A stretch of 64,000 nucleotides of DNA. Source: a phage. The translations under genes were made by a program, and so were the position numbers. This document shows, one piece after another, positions 20,471 through 29,451 of the stretch. The notes beneath the pieces are model-generated. The model was not told the origin of the DNA. It saw only the letters and a list, made by a program, of their open reading frames with translations, and searched no databases. The stretch lies in the sequence record PV730300.1; one strand, written 5' to 3'. Numbering within the stretch: position 1 is the first letter of the stretch; each line of letters begins with the position of its first letter.

Positions 20471-21264
20471 TATTCCTCCTTTCTAATGTTCTCCAGAACC
20501 CACTGAAGTTCTTTTAAACTTAAACTTCTTACTCCCGCAGTTTTACTAGCTTCAGCTTTAAGTAACGGGTAAGCCTCAATGATACGCGTTTTAAGATCAG
20601 AAGTCAAGGCTTTTAAAAAATAGGTAGATGCTTCAGATAAAGAATCTTCTTCTGATAACACTTTACCTGCACTTGCTCCCGCTCTCCTAACAGCTATATC
20701 GTAGTCTTTACTGTTACCTAATACGAATAATCGATTCTCTCCTAAAACAACGGGAGAACGCTTCTCGTTGCGTTTAATCCATACCTGGAATACACAAGGA
20801 ACATCCCAAGGTTCTCCATGAAGAATAAAAGATCCTTTTGGACATTCTTCTTCGTAAAGAAGATGCATATGGGGATTTAGTTTGTGTGCAAAAAAGATTT
20901 TTTGAAATGTGCGAGGCAAGATAAAACAAATACCACCTTCGTTATCCAGCATTTCAGCACAATGGTTAAAGAATTTAATGGCAAGACTAGCATTTTTTCC
21001 AAAAGGAGGATTACCGACAAAAGCAGTTACACTACCAACAGACTCAACAGATTGAGCTAAAAAATCTGCCTCAATACAATCTTCAAACTTAGGGTCAATA
21101 TCAAAAGAAGTTATGTTTTTAAAACAAGAAGAGAAAGCTCCTTCTCCCGCAGATGGTTCTACGTAGTTAGCTTCCTCTCCAAAAATTTCTTTGATCTTAT
21201 CACATAAGAACCCCGCATAAGCGGGGTTAGTGTAATATTGATCAAGTGTGTTCAACTTGCTCAA
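20470..21264 (-). CDS. DNA methyltransferase (N6-adenine or N4-cytosine class), no adjacent restriction enzyme recognised
   Basis: SAM-binding EPSAGEGAF and catalytic NPPFG motifs; its stop overlaps the polymerase start. Confidence 0.7.
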   Translation of the reverse strand: MSKLNTLDQYYTNPAYAGFLCDKIKEIFGEEANYVEPSAGEGAFSSCFKNITSFDIDPKFEDCIEADFLAQSVESVGSVTAFVGNPPFGKNASLAIKFFNHCAEMLDNEGGICFILPRTFQKIFFAHKLNPHMHLLYEEECPKGSFILHGEPWDVPCVFQVWIKRNEKRSPVVLGENRLFVLGNSKDYDIAVRRAGASAGKVLSEEDSLSEASTYFLKALTSDLKTRIIEAYPLLKAEASKTAGVRSLSLKELQWVLENIRKEE

Positions 21265-21273
21265 TAGTCCTCC

Positions 21274-21705
21274 TTAGTTGTTAGCGAACTCAATAGTGAG
21301 GTCAACTTTACCATCATCAGAAATAACCATGTTTTTAGTATTTTTAAAGATGATATCTACTTTACCTTCACTTACACGACAGAAGGCAACACCATCTGCA
21401 ACTTTATCGATATAATATTTGTAAGAAAGAATACCCACTTTACTACGACCAGCACCTTTTGTGAAAGAAGGGCTTACATCGAAACGGAAACCTTTGGAAG
21501 AAACAACACGGTAAGAACGTCCAGTTGGGATATGTTCAATAACAGAAACATTGTTCTCAACAACTTTTACAGCAAACTCTTCAGGATGATCCTCAACAAT
21601 CATATGTGGGATGGCAAATGCCAACGCTTGTTTGTGTTTAATAACACCAGCACCCAGAGCACCAGCAGCTTTAACTTTTGCATTCAGATCGATTGTCATA
21701 CGCAT
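21274..21705 (-). CDS. hypothetical protein (143 aa)
   Basis: ORF with its own promoter-like element upstream; no motif recognised. Confidence 0.45.
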   Translation of the reverse strand: MRMTIDLNAKVKAAGALGAGVIKHKQALAFAIPHMIVEDHPEEFAVKVVENNVSVIEHIPTGRSYRVVSSKGFRFDVSPSFTKGAGRSKVGILSYKYYIDKVADGVAFCRVSEGKVDIIFKNTKNMVISDDGKVDLTIEFANN

Positions 21706-21739
21706 TTTTACTTCTCCTCTTGTTTGGTTGATGAGACAA

Positions 21740-21767
21740 GTATAAGTCCCTTCCGCAAAGTTGTCAA
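21740..21767 (-). promoter_or_regulatory. sigma70-like promoter for 21274-21705
   Basis: On minus strand: TTGACA, 16-nt spacer, TTATAC. Confidence 0.4.
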
Positions 21768-21769
21768 CA

Positions 21770-21799
21770 GGTATTTTTAATAAAAGGGCCGAAGCCCTT
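21770..21799 (-). terminator. rho-independent terminator after primase-helicase gene
   Basis: AAGGGC-ttcg-GCCCTT hairpin followed on the minus strand by TTTATTAAAAA. Confidence 0.5.
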
Positions 21800-23576
21800 A
21801 ATAGTTGCTATCCGTAGGCAAATTAGCAGGATTGTTGAAATACTGCTCTTTGTCATGCAGAGTTGCAGTTCTAATGTCATAGTAAAACTGCCCTGCCGGA
21901 CCAGTTTCCGAGAACTCACGGTTTTTTAGGATAAAGCAATGAGTCGTATTTCGTTCTACAGGGTCTTCAGCGGCTTTATCTCGTTCCAAAGCCAAGGTAA
22001 TACCAGCGCCTTTAGCCAAGAAACTACTACCCATTGCATCGTCCTCTGTTAAGTGTTCATTGCCACCATTAGCCGATTTCTTAACGTGTGAGATGACGAT
22101 AATAGTTATAGCATACTCTTTCATGATGCGCTTCAACCATGTTGCTAACTCTTCCTGGGCTTGAACATCCATACCAGAAAGCAAATCAGAATAAGGGTCG
22201 ATAACAAGAATTGTTACTCCAAAATAGATGATCATCTCCAAAACTTTTTCTTTGATAGACTCCACATCTGCTCCACGATCATCACACACATAAAAACGTG
22301 GTGATCCATCTTCTCTTTCGTAAAAATCTAGGATTTTTTCTTTATTCTCTTCCAGGATTTGAAATTTCTCTTCCGGTGTTTTCCTATGTAGAGGAATATG
22401 CAGGAACGAGGACAACAGGTTACGAGAATATTTCTTATAAGTTGCTTCCAATGACAGAATACCAAGAGTATGTTCTGGGTGTGCAACGATAATATGTTTG
22501 GTGATCTCATTCACCATCAAAGTTTTACCGATACTGGTCTTTGCCAGAATGACTGTAATCTCTTCCTCTACTAAACCACCACCCAGCATATTTGCAGCAA
22601 CACGCATAAAAGGAGGCAAGGTAATCATCTTGGATTCCAAGCATTCTAATGCAGCTTCATACAAGACATTAGAAGCATAAACACCTGCTGGGGTGTATAG
22701 ACGAGCACTCCAAAAAGCTTTTACGAAATCCTTTGCACGACCTTCTTCCAGATACTGATTGGCATCCTTAAGATCCATCTGCATACGGTAGACTTTGTTA
22801 CGAGGCAACACCTTAACAATATTTTCAAATGCCTCATTACCCGCTTTGTCATTATCCATGCAAACAATAATCTTCTTAAATTTTTCAAAGAAAGGATATT
22901 GTGCCTGAACTTGTTTATACATACTGGTTTCACCAGTTGTGCCACTAACTACTGCTGGAAGTTCATATTTGTTGTCCAAGTTTTCAGACAGCATTTGATA
23001 AGCTGCCAGAGCATCGTGTTCACCACCTGTAATTACCACAGTATGAGAACGGTCTGCAAAACGAATTTGTCCAAAAAGATCTACATCTTTACCTACTTGA
23101 CCAATAGGTTTACTGAAATCTTTAGGATGGATACGACGCTTAAAACCAACCAATTCTTTACCGATGGTAGTTGGATATAAACAACTTTCTACTACCATCT
23201 GATCCCCTTCCTGACGGTATTCATAACGAACACCATAGAAAGATGAAACTTTTTCTTTAATGCCTCGATAACCACGTGGGTTGGTTGATGTTTCTTGAAC
23301 AATTTTACGATGAATCTGTTTATTAAATTCCGAACCCACAATCTCCTCCTCTTCTTCTAAAACTTCACCATTTTCTCGTAACCATTCTACGCTAGGAATA
23401 GTGTATTCACACGCAAAGCACTTAGCACCTTTATGCTCTCCATTAGAATCTAATCCATAAACCATCAAGTTATTACGAGAGCGATCCTTGCCATTTTTCA
23501 TGCAGCGCGGACAACCTGTATGCCCTTCCTTGCTAAGATCAACATCAAATCCATATTTAGTTATAATGTGCGACAC
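21798..23576 (-). CDS. bifunctional primase-helicase, T7 gp4-like (592 aa)
   Basis: N-terminal zinc finger (CPRC...CFAC), TOPRIM-like DNDKAGNEA, DnaB-family Walker A (GKT) region. Confidence 0.85.
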   Translation of the reverse strand: MSHIITKYGFDVDLSKEGHTGCPRCMKNGKDRSRNNLMVYGLDSNGEHKGAKCFACEYTIPSVEWLRENGEVLEEEEEIVGSEFNKQIHRKIVQETSTNPRGYRGIKEKVSSFYGVRYEYRQEGDQMVVESCLYPTTIGKELVGFKRRIHPKDFSKPIGQVGKDVDLFGQIRFADRSHTVVITGGEHDALAAYQMLSENLDNKYELPAVVSGTTGETSMYKQVQAQYPFFEKFKKIIVCMDNDKAGNEAFENIVKVLPRNKVYRMQMDLKDANQYLEEGRAKDFVKAFWSARLYTPAGVYASNVLYEAALECLESKMITLPPFMRVAANMLGGGLVEEEITVILAKTSIGKTLMVNEITKHIIVAHPEHTLGILSLEATYKKYSRNLLSSFLHIPLHRKTPEEKFQILEENKEKILDFYEREDGSPRFYVCDDRGADVESIKEKVLEMIIYFGVTILVIDPYSDLLSGMDVQAQEELATWLKRIMKEYAITIIVISHVKKSANGGNEHLTEDDAMGSSFLAKGAGITLALERDKAAEDPVERNTTHCFILKNREFSETGPAGQFYYDIRTATLHDKEQYFNNPANLPTDSNY

Positions 23577-23588
23577 TTTGTTCTCCTG

Positions 23589-23867
23589 TTAAAATGGTTC
23601 GTTAGTCTCCATCATATATTCTGCTTCTAGTTCTTCCATGTGCTTTCTAAATTGGAAAGCAATTTCTGCTACAGTTACATTTAAATCTTTTTCAAAAACT
23701 TCTGTAGAGCCTTCGTAAAAACGAATACCGTCAATTAAAAGCCCTCCGTGGTAATCCCAATCACTTTCACGAGAAAGCGGGTTAGGCTCTTCATAATAGT
23801 AATCCACCTCCACGACTAAAGCTTTCCCGTTACGAGTGGTGTATTCAAAATCAAAAGTGTTAATCAT
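23589..23867 (-). CDS. hypothetical protein (92 aa)
   Basis: ORF translationally coupled to neighbours. Confidence 0.45.
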   Translation of the reverse strand: MINTFDFEYTTRNGKALVVEVDYYYEEPNPLSRESDWDYHGGLLIDGIRFYEGSTEVFEKDLNVTVAEIAFQFRKHMEELEAEYMMETNEPF

Positions 23868-24811
23868 TATAGCTCCTCAAATAAAAGTCTACGACGCTCA
23901 TTCAACACATCAATGTGATAATGAGTCCTGACATACTTAGCTAATGCTAATCCTTTCTCCATGCAAACATCGGGAGCACTTAATAAGTATTCCGTAATAT
24001 CTTTCCACTCGGAAGGTGTTTCAGCAAAGAATAACAGATCTTTAAACTCTTGTGTATGATAATTCTCACGAGGAGAACAGATCAAAGGTAAACCCTTAGC
24101 ACCTGCCTCAAGAATTTTAAGATTGCTTTTTGCATTATTAAACACGTTATCAATCAATGGCGCAAGACTGATTTGATGACCATCGTAAGATTCCATGTAG
24201 TTGGCATATGGTCTTACACCTTCATAAACACAAGTTGGTGCTACATTTTCCCTGATTACAGACCATTCACGACTACTTAAAACTTCAGAATCCCTACGAA
24301 AACCACATATTGTAAGATCTTTACCAAAATCGGGCAAGATAGCCAAATCTTGTTTATGTGTTTCACTTCCAGCCCAGACTAATGGAGTTTTGGAGTAGCG
24401 ATCACGGGTCAACACAAATTGACCTTCATCGTAAGGAAGTCCATTAGGGATTATGTGCACATTATCATTGTATTGTGAAAGTTCAACTTGCAAGGCAGGT
24501 GTCGTAGTTGTAACAAGGTCACTGTGCTCTAAAAACCATTTTAAATGTTCACGAATACCTGATTCAAAAATACCTTCTAACATGTGTCCTTTTGGAATAA
24601 CTAAAGAGTCATCCAAATCCATAACCATTTTAAAGCCTAGGTTTTTAAGGGCTAAAAAGCCCTCTTTACCTTTTGTTGGCACTCCGTTAAAAACGAAAAC
24701 GTTGTGTTTAGGTTGTGAAGAGAACTGCCTTGAGTAAGGCAGCACTACCCTATGGAAATCGCAGACACTATAATTGATTCCGTTACGATTGTCAAGAATT
24801 ATTTGTCCCAT
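23867..24811 (-). CDS. glycosyltransferase-like protein, paralog 1 (314 aa)
   Basis: Alignable by eye over its length with the adjacent gene (shared CD-HR-V-P, VWAG, SNLKILEAGAKG-P segments); C-terminal E/G-rich segment resembles GT-B donor-binding region. Confidence 0.4.
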   Translation of the reverse strand: MGQIILDNRNGINYSVCDFHRVVLPYSRQFSSQPKHNVFVFNGVPTKGKEGFLALKNLGFKMVMDLDDSLVIPKGHMLEGIFESGIREHLKWFLEHSDLVTTTTPALQVELSQYNDNVHIIPNGLPYDEGQFVLTRDRYSKTPLVWAGSETHKQDLAILPDFGKDLTICGFRRDSEVLSSREWSVIRENVAPTCVYEGVRPYANYMESYDGHQISLAPLIDNVFNNAKSNLKILEAGAKGLPLICSPRENYHTQEFKDLLFFAETPSEWKDITEYLLSAPDVCMEKGLALAKYVRTHYHIDVLNERRRLLFEEL

Positions 24812-24818
24812 ACTTCAC

Positions 24819-25766
24819 CTACAAACTTTCAATAACCTGGCGTCGCAATTCGTTTGCATCTGCCAGATTGTAGTGTGTTCGAACATGTTCCGCTAAGAAC
24901 AAGCCACGATCTTCCCGATAGTTTGGATTGCGAAGAAGCTTAACAATTTCGTAATGCCATTCTGCTTTATTCTCTGCGTAAGCAACAGCACGAGCATCTA
25001 CAGGGTTAAAATAAGGTAACACCTTAGAACAAACAATCGGAATACCTTTTGCCCCAGCTTCCAGGATTTTGAGATTACTTTTGCAATTATTAAAATCATT
25101 ATCTACCAAAGGAGCTATAGCAATAGCATGACTTTCGTAAACACTCATGTAATTATCTAAATCTTTTACAGCAGCTTTATATTTGGCATTTGGTAAATTT
25201 CTGCGAATCTTAATCCACTCTTGTCCCGTGATGCTCTGCGATGCTTCATATCCCGCAATAGTAAGAAGTTCATCATCGAAAGTATTAGAGACTAGTCGTA
25301 AATCGGGTTCGTGACTAGCACCGCCAGCCCATACAACAGGGGTACCGGATGAACGATCATTTGACAAAGTGAATTGTCCACTATCAAAAGGAAGTGCATT
25401 TCGGATCACAACAACATTCCTATTTAAGTGACGGATCTTATATGCCAAGTATTCCGTAGTCACAATAACCACATCAGCAAGTTTAACCATAGCCACAATA
25501 GCATGAGTGTTTGACTCGTATAGACTTGCTAAATAATGTTCTGGATTAAGTTGGTAGAAATCATCTAAATCTACAACAATCTTAACACCTTGACGTTTCA
25601 AAGATAAAACGTATTCTGCACCTTTAGAGTGGATACGGTTAAACACAACAACATCTTTCTTAGGTTGAAGATTATGGTTGTTAAATGGCATAACAATACG
25701 ATGATAGTCACAACCGCTGTGAGGTTTTGCATCAATTTTTAGTTTAGACCATTTTTTATTTGACAT
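24819..25766 (-). CDS. glycosyltransferase-like protein, paralog 2 (315 aa)
   Basis: Tandem paralog of 23867-24811. Confidence 0.4.
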   Translation of the reverse strand: MSNKKWSKLKIDAKPHSGCDYHRIVMPFNNHNLQPKKDVVVFNRIHSKGAEYVLSLKRQGVKIVVDLDDFYQLNPEHYLASLYESNTHAIVAMVKLADVVIVTTEYLAYKIRHLNRNVVVIRNALPFDSGQFTLSNDRSSGTPVVWAGGASHEPDLRLVSNTFDDELLTIAGYEASQSITGQEWIKIRRNLPNAKYKAAVKDLDNYMSVYESHAIAIAPLVDNDFNNCKSNLKILEAGAKGIPIVCSKVLPYFNPVDARAVAYAENKAEWHYEIVKLLRNPNYREDRGLFLAEHVRTHYNLADANELRRQVIESL

Positions 25767-26439
25767 GTGCTAGTGCCTCCTCATAGGAAATTCGGATTTT
25801 CCCATTTTTAATATCCTCTAAAGATGCTTTATATTCTTCCCAGTTAATCCCGATAGCAGCTTCTTTCTCTTCTTTTGTCAGATTAGCAAAAGGCATAGGA
25901 TTGTTTCCAAAAACATCGTCTGGGTGGATATAAGCCATGATACGAAGTGGACAAGGTGTTGCCTGAATACCATGATTCAAACCAGCAGCTTTCAAACGGT
26001 GTCCCCATTCGGCATCTTCAAAACCATAACCGTGAGTGTAAGGGCGGAAATAACCCATCTTCTCAACAACGGCACGAGAATACATTGCAAATTGACACAT
26101 TGCAAGTTCCCAGAGAATAACTTCTCCTTTGCTTCCAACAACTTTATCTTTGAAGTACTCCGGCATACCAAAGAAATCCCATCCTCCAGAAACAGCCTGA
26201 TCTACAAAATATGTTTCCCATCCTTCCATGACTGGGTAGCAATCATCGTCAAAAATAAACCAATAATCATAACCTTCTTCATAGAACTGGTGCATAAGTT
26301 CATTCCTGGCATAAGCTACACCTTTACGATCTGGATCGTTGAATACTCGAAAATCTGCACGTGGATCTGTTACAAGGTAGTCTTTAAGTGGACGGACACC
26401 TACAGTGATAACACCCACTCCGATTTTAATATTTTCCAT
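25756..26439 (-). CDS. glycosyltransferase-like protein with DxD-type motif (227 aa)
   Basis: WFIFDDDCYP resembles the GT-A DxD metal/donor-binding motif. Confidence 0.35.
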   Translation of the reverse strand: MENIKIGVGVITVGVRPLKDYLVTDPRADFRVFNDPDRKGVAYARNELMHQFYEEGYDYWFIFDDDCYPVMEGWETYFVDQAVSGGWDFFGMPEYFKDKVVGSKGEVILWELAMCQFAMYSRAVVEKMGYFRPYTHGYGFEDAEWGHRLKAAGLNHGIQATPCPLRIMAYIHPDDVFGNNPMPFANLTKEEKEAAIGINWEEYKASLEDIKNGKIRISYEEALAHVK

Positions 26440-26447
26440 TTTCTCTC

Positions 26448-27011
26448 CTAAATAGTTTTACTGTGATCATGACAGTGTAATAAATGATGTATAGACCGTT
26501 GAGGATTTGTTTGACCTAATCTGTAAATGTGAAACAGATACATTCCCCGCATCAATCCTAACCTCTTTCCTTTTTCATGTAAAGTGCGAGAGAAAATTAA
26601 GTCAAATTGGATAGATTTTTCTTCGAAAGGAATTTCATTCCACAGTGATTTCCTAAAAAGCAAAAAGAAACCAGCTAAAGGTGTTCCAAAAGGAACTTCT
26701 TCAACGTTTGTTTTATGATATTCCCGTGCAATTTTAGCATATTCTATGTGATTTAGAATGTCTGGGTCATCATTAATTTGGTTAGAGAAAAGCTGATAAC
26801 CACTACCCAGCCTATTACAAGTTGCACCTATTACATCAAAAGGTGGGTTTGACATAATAAGCTCTTCAAGCATAGATGGTTGATCAGGTAGGAGGAACAT
26901 TGTATCGGTATCTCTTAAACACACCCAACTATCATCTGGAAGAACGGCAATAGCTTCATTAATAGCCTTGCCGATATTTCCTGTCAGATAGGGAGTAATA
27001 TAATAAATCAT
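26448..27011 (-). CDS. glycosyltransferase-like protein (187 aa)
   Basis: CLRDTDTMF DxD-like motif; same operon as the other three GT-like genes. Confidence 0.3.
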   Translation of the reverse strand: MIYYITPYLTGNIGKAINEAIAVLPDDSWVCLRDTDTMFLLPDQPSMLEELIMSNPPFDVIGATCNRLGSGYQLFSNQINDDPDILNHIEYAKIAREYHKTNVEEVPFGTPLAGFFLLFRKSLWNEIPFEEKSIQFDLIFSRTLHEKGKRLGLMRGMYLFHIYRLGQTNPQRSIHHLLHCHDHSKTI

Positions 27012-27027
27012 TCTCCCCTCCGTTATA

Positions 27028-27219
27028 TTAACTGTCAGCTACAATCCCACGTTTAATCATTTCTTGTTGGATTTGGATCACACGATCTCGTGCTTCCATA
27101 TATTCTTTAAAAGATTCTTGAAGATGGTCACGAGCTACGTCTCGTAGCTTAATCAGTTTGTCGTTTGTCACTTCTTGAAGAGAGATTTCGCCAGTTTCAT
27201 TGGTCCCAAGCGTTTTCAT
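27028..27219 (-). CDS. hypothetical protein (63 aa)
   Basis: Small ORF in co-directional block. Confidence 0.4.
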   Translation of the reverse strand: MKTLGTNETGEISLQEVTNDKLIKLRDVARDHLQESFKEYMEARDRVIQIQQEMIKRGIVADS

Positions 27220-27475
27220 TTACAACCTCCTTAATAGCTACTGCACAGTTCTTACAAATACATTGACCTTTGTTCTTAGAAATTTCAATGTAAGGTTCAT
27301 TTTCGTTTTCTCCGCGTCGTGAGTCGTATATTACTGTATTGAAGCAGACAACGCAAATGTTTTTAATAACGACATATTTTTGCACTTTCTGTTTAGTGCG
27401 AAAATTGACTTCAATGACTTCTCCCATCAGTGAATCTCCCCTAAAATGTTGTTTTGAGACATTACTGCGGAGCAT
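27197..27475 (-). CDS. small cysteine-rich protein, possible zinc ribbon (start uncertain)
   Basis: CVVCF...CICKNC cysteine pairs; N-terminus may start at the internal MGEV. Confidence 0.35.
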   Translation of the reverse strand: MLRSNVSKQHFRGDSLMGEVIEVNFRTKQKVQKYVVIKNICVVCFNTVIYDSRRGENENEPYIEISKNKGQCICKNCAVAIKEVVNENAWDQ

Positions 27476-27774
27476 TCTACAGCATCATGAGTCCTTGCAA
27501 AACGCTCCCACAACACAGCATCTACTTTAAGAACCATACAAGGATAAATACTGTCGTTGATCATATCAATGCTATATTTATCTACATCCTTTTCATCTTC
27601 CATAAACAAAGTAGCGTATGCTTCTAAATGCTTACGGGTGTAGTATACATCCTCTTCGGTAAGACCGACAACCAGGTAACTTGCTACAACAACAGTATTA
27701 TCTTCTTGCATTTTAACTCCCCTTTGGTAGATAGAAACCATGCACTTTATCTCGATAAACAAGACGCATATCAC
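27427..27774 (-). CDS. hypothetical protein (start uncertain)
   Basis: ORF overlapping its neighbours at both ends; real start probably internal. Confidence 0.3.
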   Translation of the reverse strand: MICVLFIEIKCMVSIYQRGVKMQEDNTVVVASYLVVGLTEEDVYYTRKHLEAYATLFMEDEKDVDKYSIDMINDSIYPCMVLKVDAVLWERFARTHDAVECSAVMSQNNILGEIH

Positions 27775-28234
27775 GTTCCCAGTGTGTCCTTATATTCCGT
27801 TTCTTGAAGTATAGAGCACCTTTAGTAACATCTAAAACAGACCGCAATTCAGGAAAATGTTTCTCTAAATAAAGTAAACGCTCCGCTATTGCTTTTGCTT
27901 CCTGCCACTTATCTTTCTCTGTTACGTTAAAAGTTTTCGCATATGAGAATTGTCCTTTCTGGAACAAGACTCCTCTGACTGTGTTAGGGAAGTAGGTATC
28001 ATTTCTTCTGTTGATTACCACATTCCCAACGGCATTCATTCCTTTTTTACCCAGACCGCGACCTTCTGCGTAAATTGCACAAGCTAATAGAATTTTATCA
28101 TTATATTGCTTTGTACATTTGTGAACTACTTTAGCGGTTTTTACGTTTGCAGCTTCGGCTTTCGCCACAACAGGTGTAAATGTAAAAGCAGTTAAGGATA
28201 GTAACGCAACTGTTACAAAGTTTTTTATCAGCAA
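27713..28234 (-). CDS. secreted SleB/CwlJ-like cell-wall hydrolase (endolysin candidate), TTG start
   Basis: N-terminal signal-like hydrophobic segment ending AKA; YAEGRGLG...NAVGNVVINRRND...FPNTVRGVLFQKGQFSYA matches cell-wall hydrolase family 2 pattern; AGGAGG RBS 7 nt before TTG. Confidence 0.6.
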   Translation of the reverse strand: MLIKNFVTVALLSLTAFTFTPVVAKAEAANVKTAKVVHKCTKQYNDKILLACAIYAEGRGLGKKGMNAVGNVVINRRNDTYFPNTVRGVLFQKGQFSYAKTFNVTEKDKWQEAKAIAERLLYLEKHFPELRSVLDVTKGALYFKKRNIRTHWERDMRLVYRDKVHGFYLPKGS

Positions 28235-28334
28235 ATTTTGCCTCCTTTTTAAGTTAACGAATTTCTAGTATAACACGATAGAGGCTTTATTGCAAGAGGG
28301 GGGATTTCTCCCCCTCAAAATCATTTGTTAATTA

Positions 28335-28937
28335 TTATGGACATTCATACCATTCTTTTTTACCACCGAAGGCCATCACCACATCACAAATATCCAGACC
28401 AGCTTTACCTACACCATATGCTTTCAGCTTCCATTCCCCATCTTCACGAACCAAGGAAGCCACGTGGCAGATTGTGTTGCCAGCTACTTCAGGAGCCAGG
28501 AAGTCAAAATCCAGAATTTCCACATTGCGCTCGGAGTCGAAGATTTTAAGCATACCTTCAGAAGCATGACCAAAACGTTTCAGACCTGTATCATCATCAA
28601 TGGTCAGGACAAAGGCAATCTCTTGTGCATCAGGAGAGATTTTAGCCAGAGTAATATCAATCTGCTCCATGCTGCCAGTTCCATCACGAACATCGTCACC
28701 AGCGAAGGTAGAACGTTCAGGATCAAACTTGTTAGCATAGCAAACCAGGTGACGTGCAGACAGCATTTCAGGATTGCCAGCGGCATTGTGACGACAAACC
28801 AGTGCACTTACATCCAGATCCAGTTTAGAATCAGATTTCCAAGAGAATTCCAGGCGCAGTTCTTTCAGAGCCGGAGCAACTTTCTTCAGGGAAATTTTTT
28901 CGCTAGAGCCTTTTTTCAGGGAAATTTTATCAGTCAT
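28335..28937 (-). CDS. TerD-family protein (200 aa)
   Basis: N-terminal ISLKK repeats and GDDVRDGTGSMEQIDI...LTIDDD Ca-binding-like acidic motifs typical of TerD domains. Confidence 0.65.
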   Translation of the reverse strand: MTDKISLKKGSSEKISLKKVAPALKELRLEFSWKSDSKLDLDVSALVCRHNAAGNPEMLSARHLVCYANKFDPERSTFAGDDVRDGTGSMEQIDITLAKISPDAQEIAFVLTIDDDTGLKRFGHASEGMLKIFDSERNVEILDFDFLAPEVAGNTICHVASLVREDGEWKLKAYGVGKAGLDICDVVMAFGGKKEWYECP

Positions 28938-28952
28938 CTTTTGTCTCCTCTA

Positions 28953-29222
28953 TTATTTAAGTGTAATACCAGTTACAGTCAATTCTACTTCCAAAAGCTT
29001 AGATGTGTTTTGGATTGATACTAATTGTGCATGATGGTTTAGTTCTACAGCAGAACAATCATTTTCCCCATCATCTACTTTTAAATAAACAATGATTTCA
29101 CTAAGGTCTAAACCATTTTCGTCAAATGCATTTTCATAGACGAAAGTATCTCCTACATCCAAATCTTTAATGGTAAGGCATCGTTTATTTACTTTTTGCT
29201 CATCAATTTCGAAGTTTAACAC
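28953..29222 (-). CDS. hypothetical protein, paralog of 30244-30522 (89 aa)
   Basis: Shares KDLDVGDTF...LEVELTVTGITLK pattern with 30244-30522. Confidence 0.45.
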   Translation of the reverse strand: MLNFEIDEQKVNKRCLTIKDLDVGDTFVYENAFDENGLDLSEIIVYLKVDDGENDCSAVELNHHAQLVSIQNTSKLLEVELTVTGITLK

Positions 29223-29451
29223 TTCTTCCTCCTAATGTTATCTCCGGTTTGTATATACGAAGAATTATAGCATTTTCATTTTCTTTGTCAACCCATTCTT
29301 CATAATCGGGCCATACATGAATCTCTACTCTACTTACAATATCTTCCATTCGCACAGTCCCAATGAAATACTCTTTGAGACTGCGTATAATGAAAGCTTC
29401 TCTCTCGCGCCAATAATTTTCTATGACTTGAGAGGCAAGCTCGTCGATCAT
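29203..29451 (-). CDS. hypothetical protein (82 aa)
   Basis: ORF coupled to neighbours. Confidence 0.4.
   Translation of the reverse strand: MIDELASQVIENYWREREAFIIRSLKEYFIGTVRMEDIVSRVEIHVWPDYEEWVDKENENAIILRIYKPEITLGGRSVKLRN

Noticed and set aside
28296-28316. GAGGGGG...CCCCCTC hairpin after the TerD gene as a strong terminator
   Set aside because: No U-rich tract on either strand; it may be a weak attenuator or processing site just upstream of the hydrolase promoter, so it is not listed as a confident terminator.
25924-29018. Plus-strand ORFs 25924-26451 and 28464-29018 (175 and 184 aa)
   Set aside because: Each lies entirely antisense to a motif-bearing minus-strand gene (glycosyltransferase-like, TerD-like) and has low-complexity composition.
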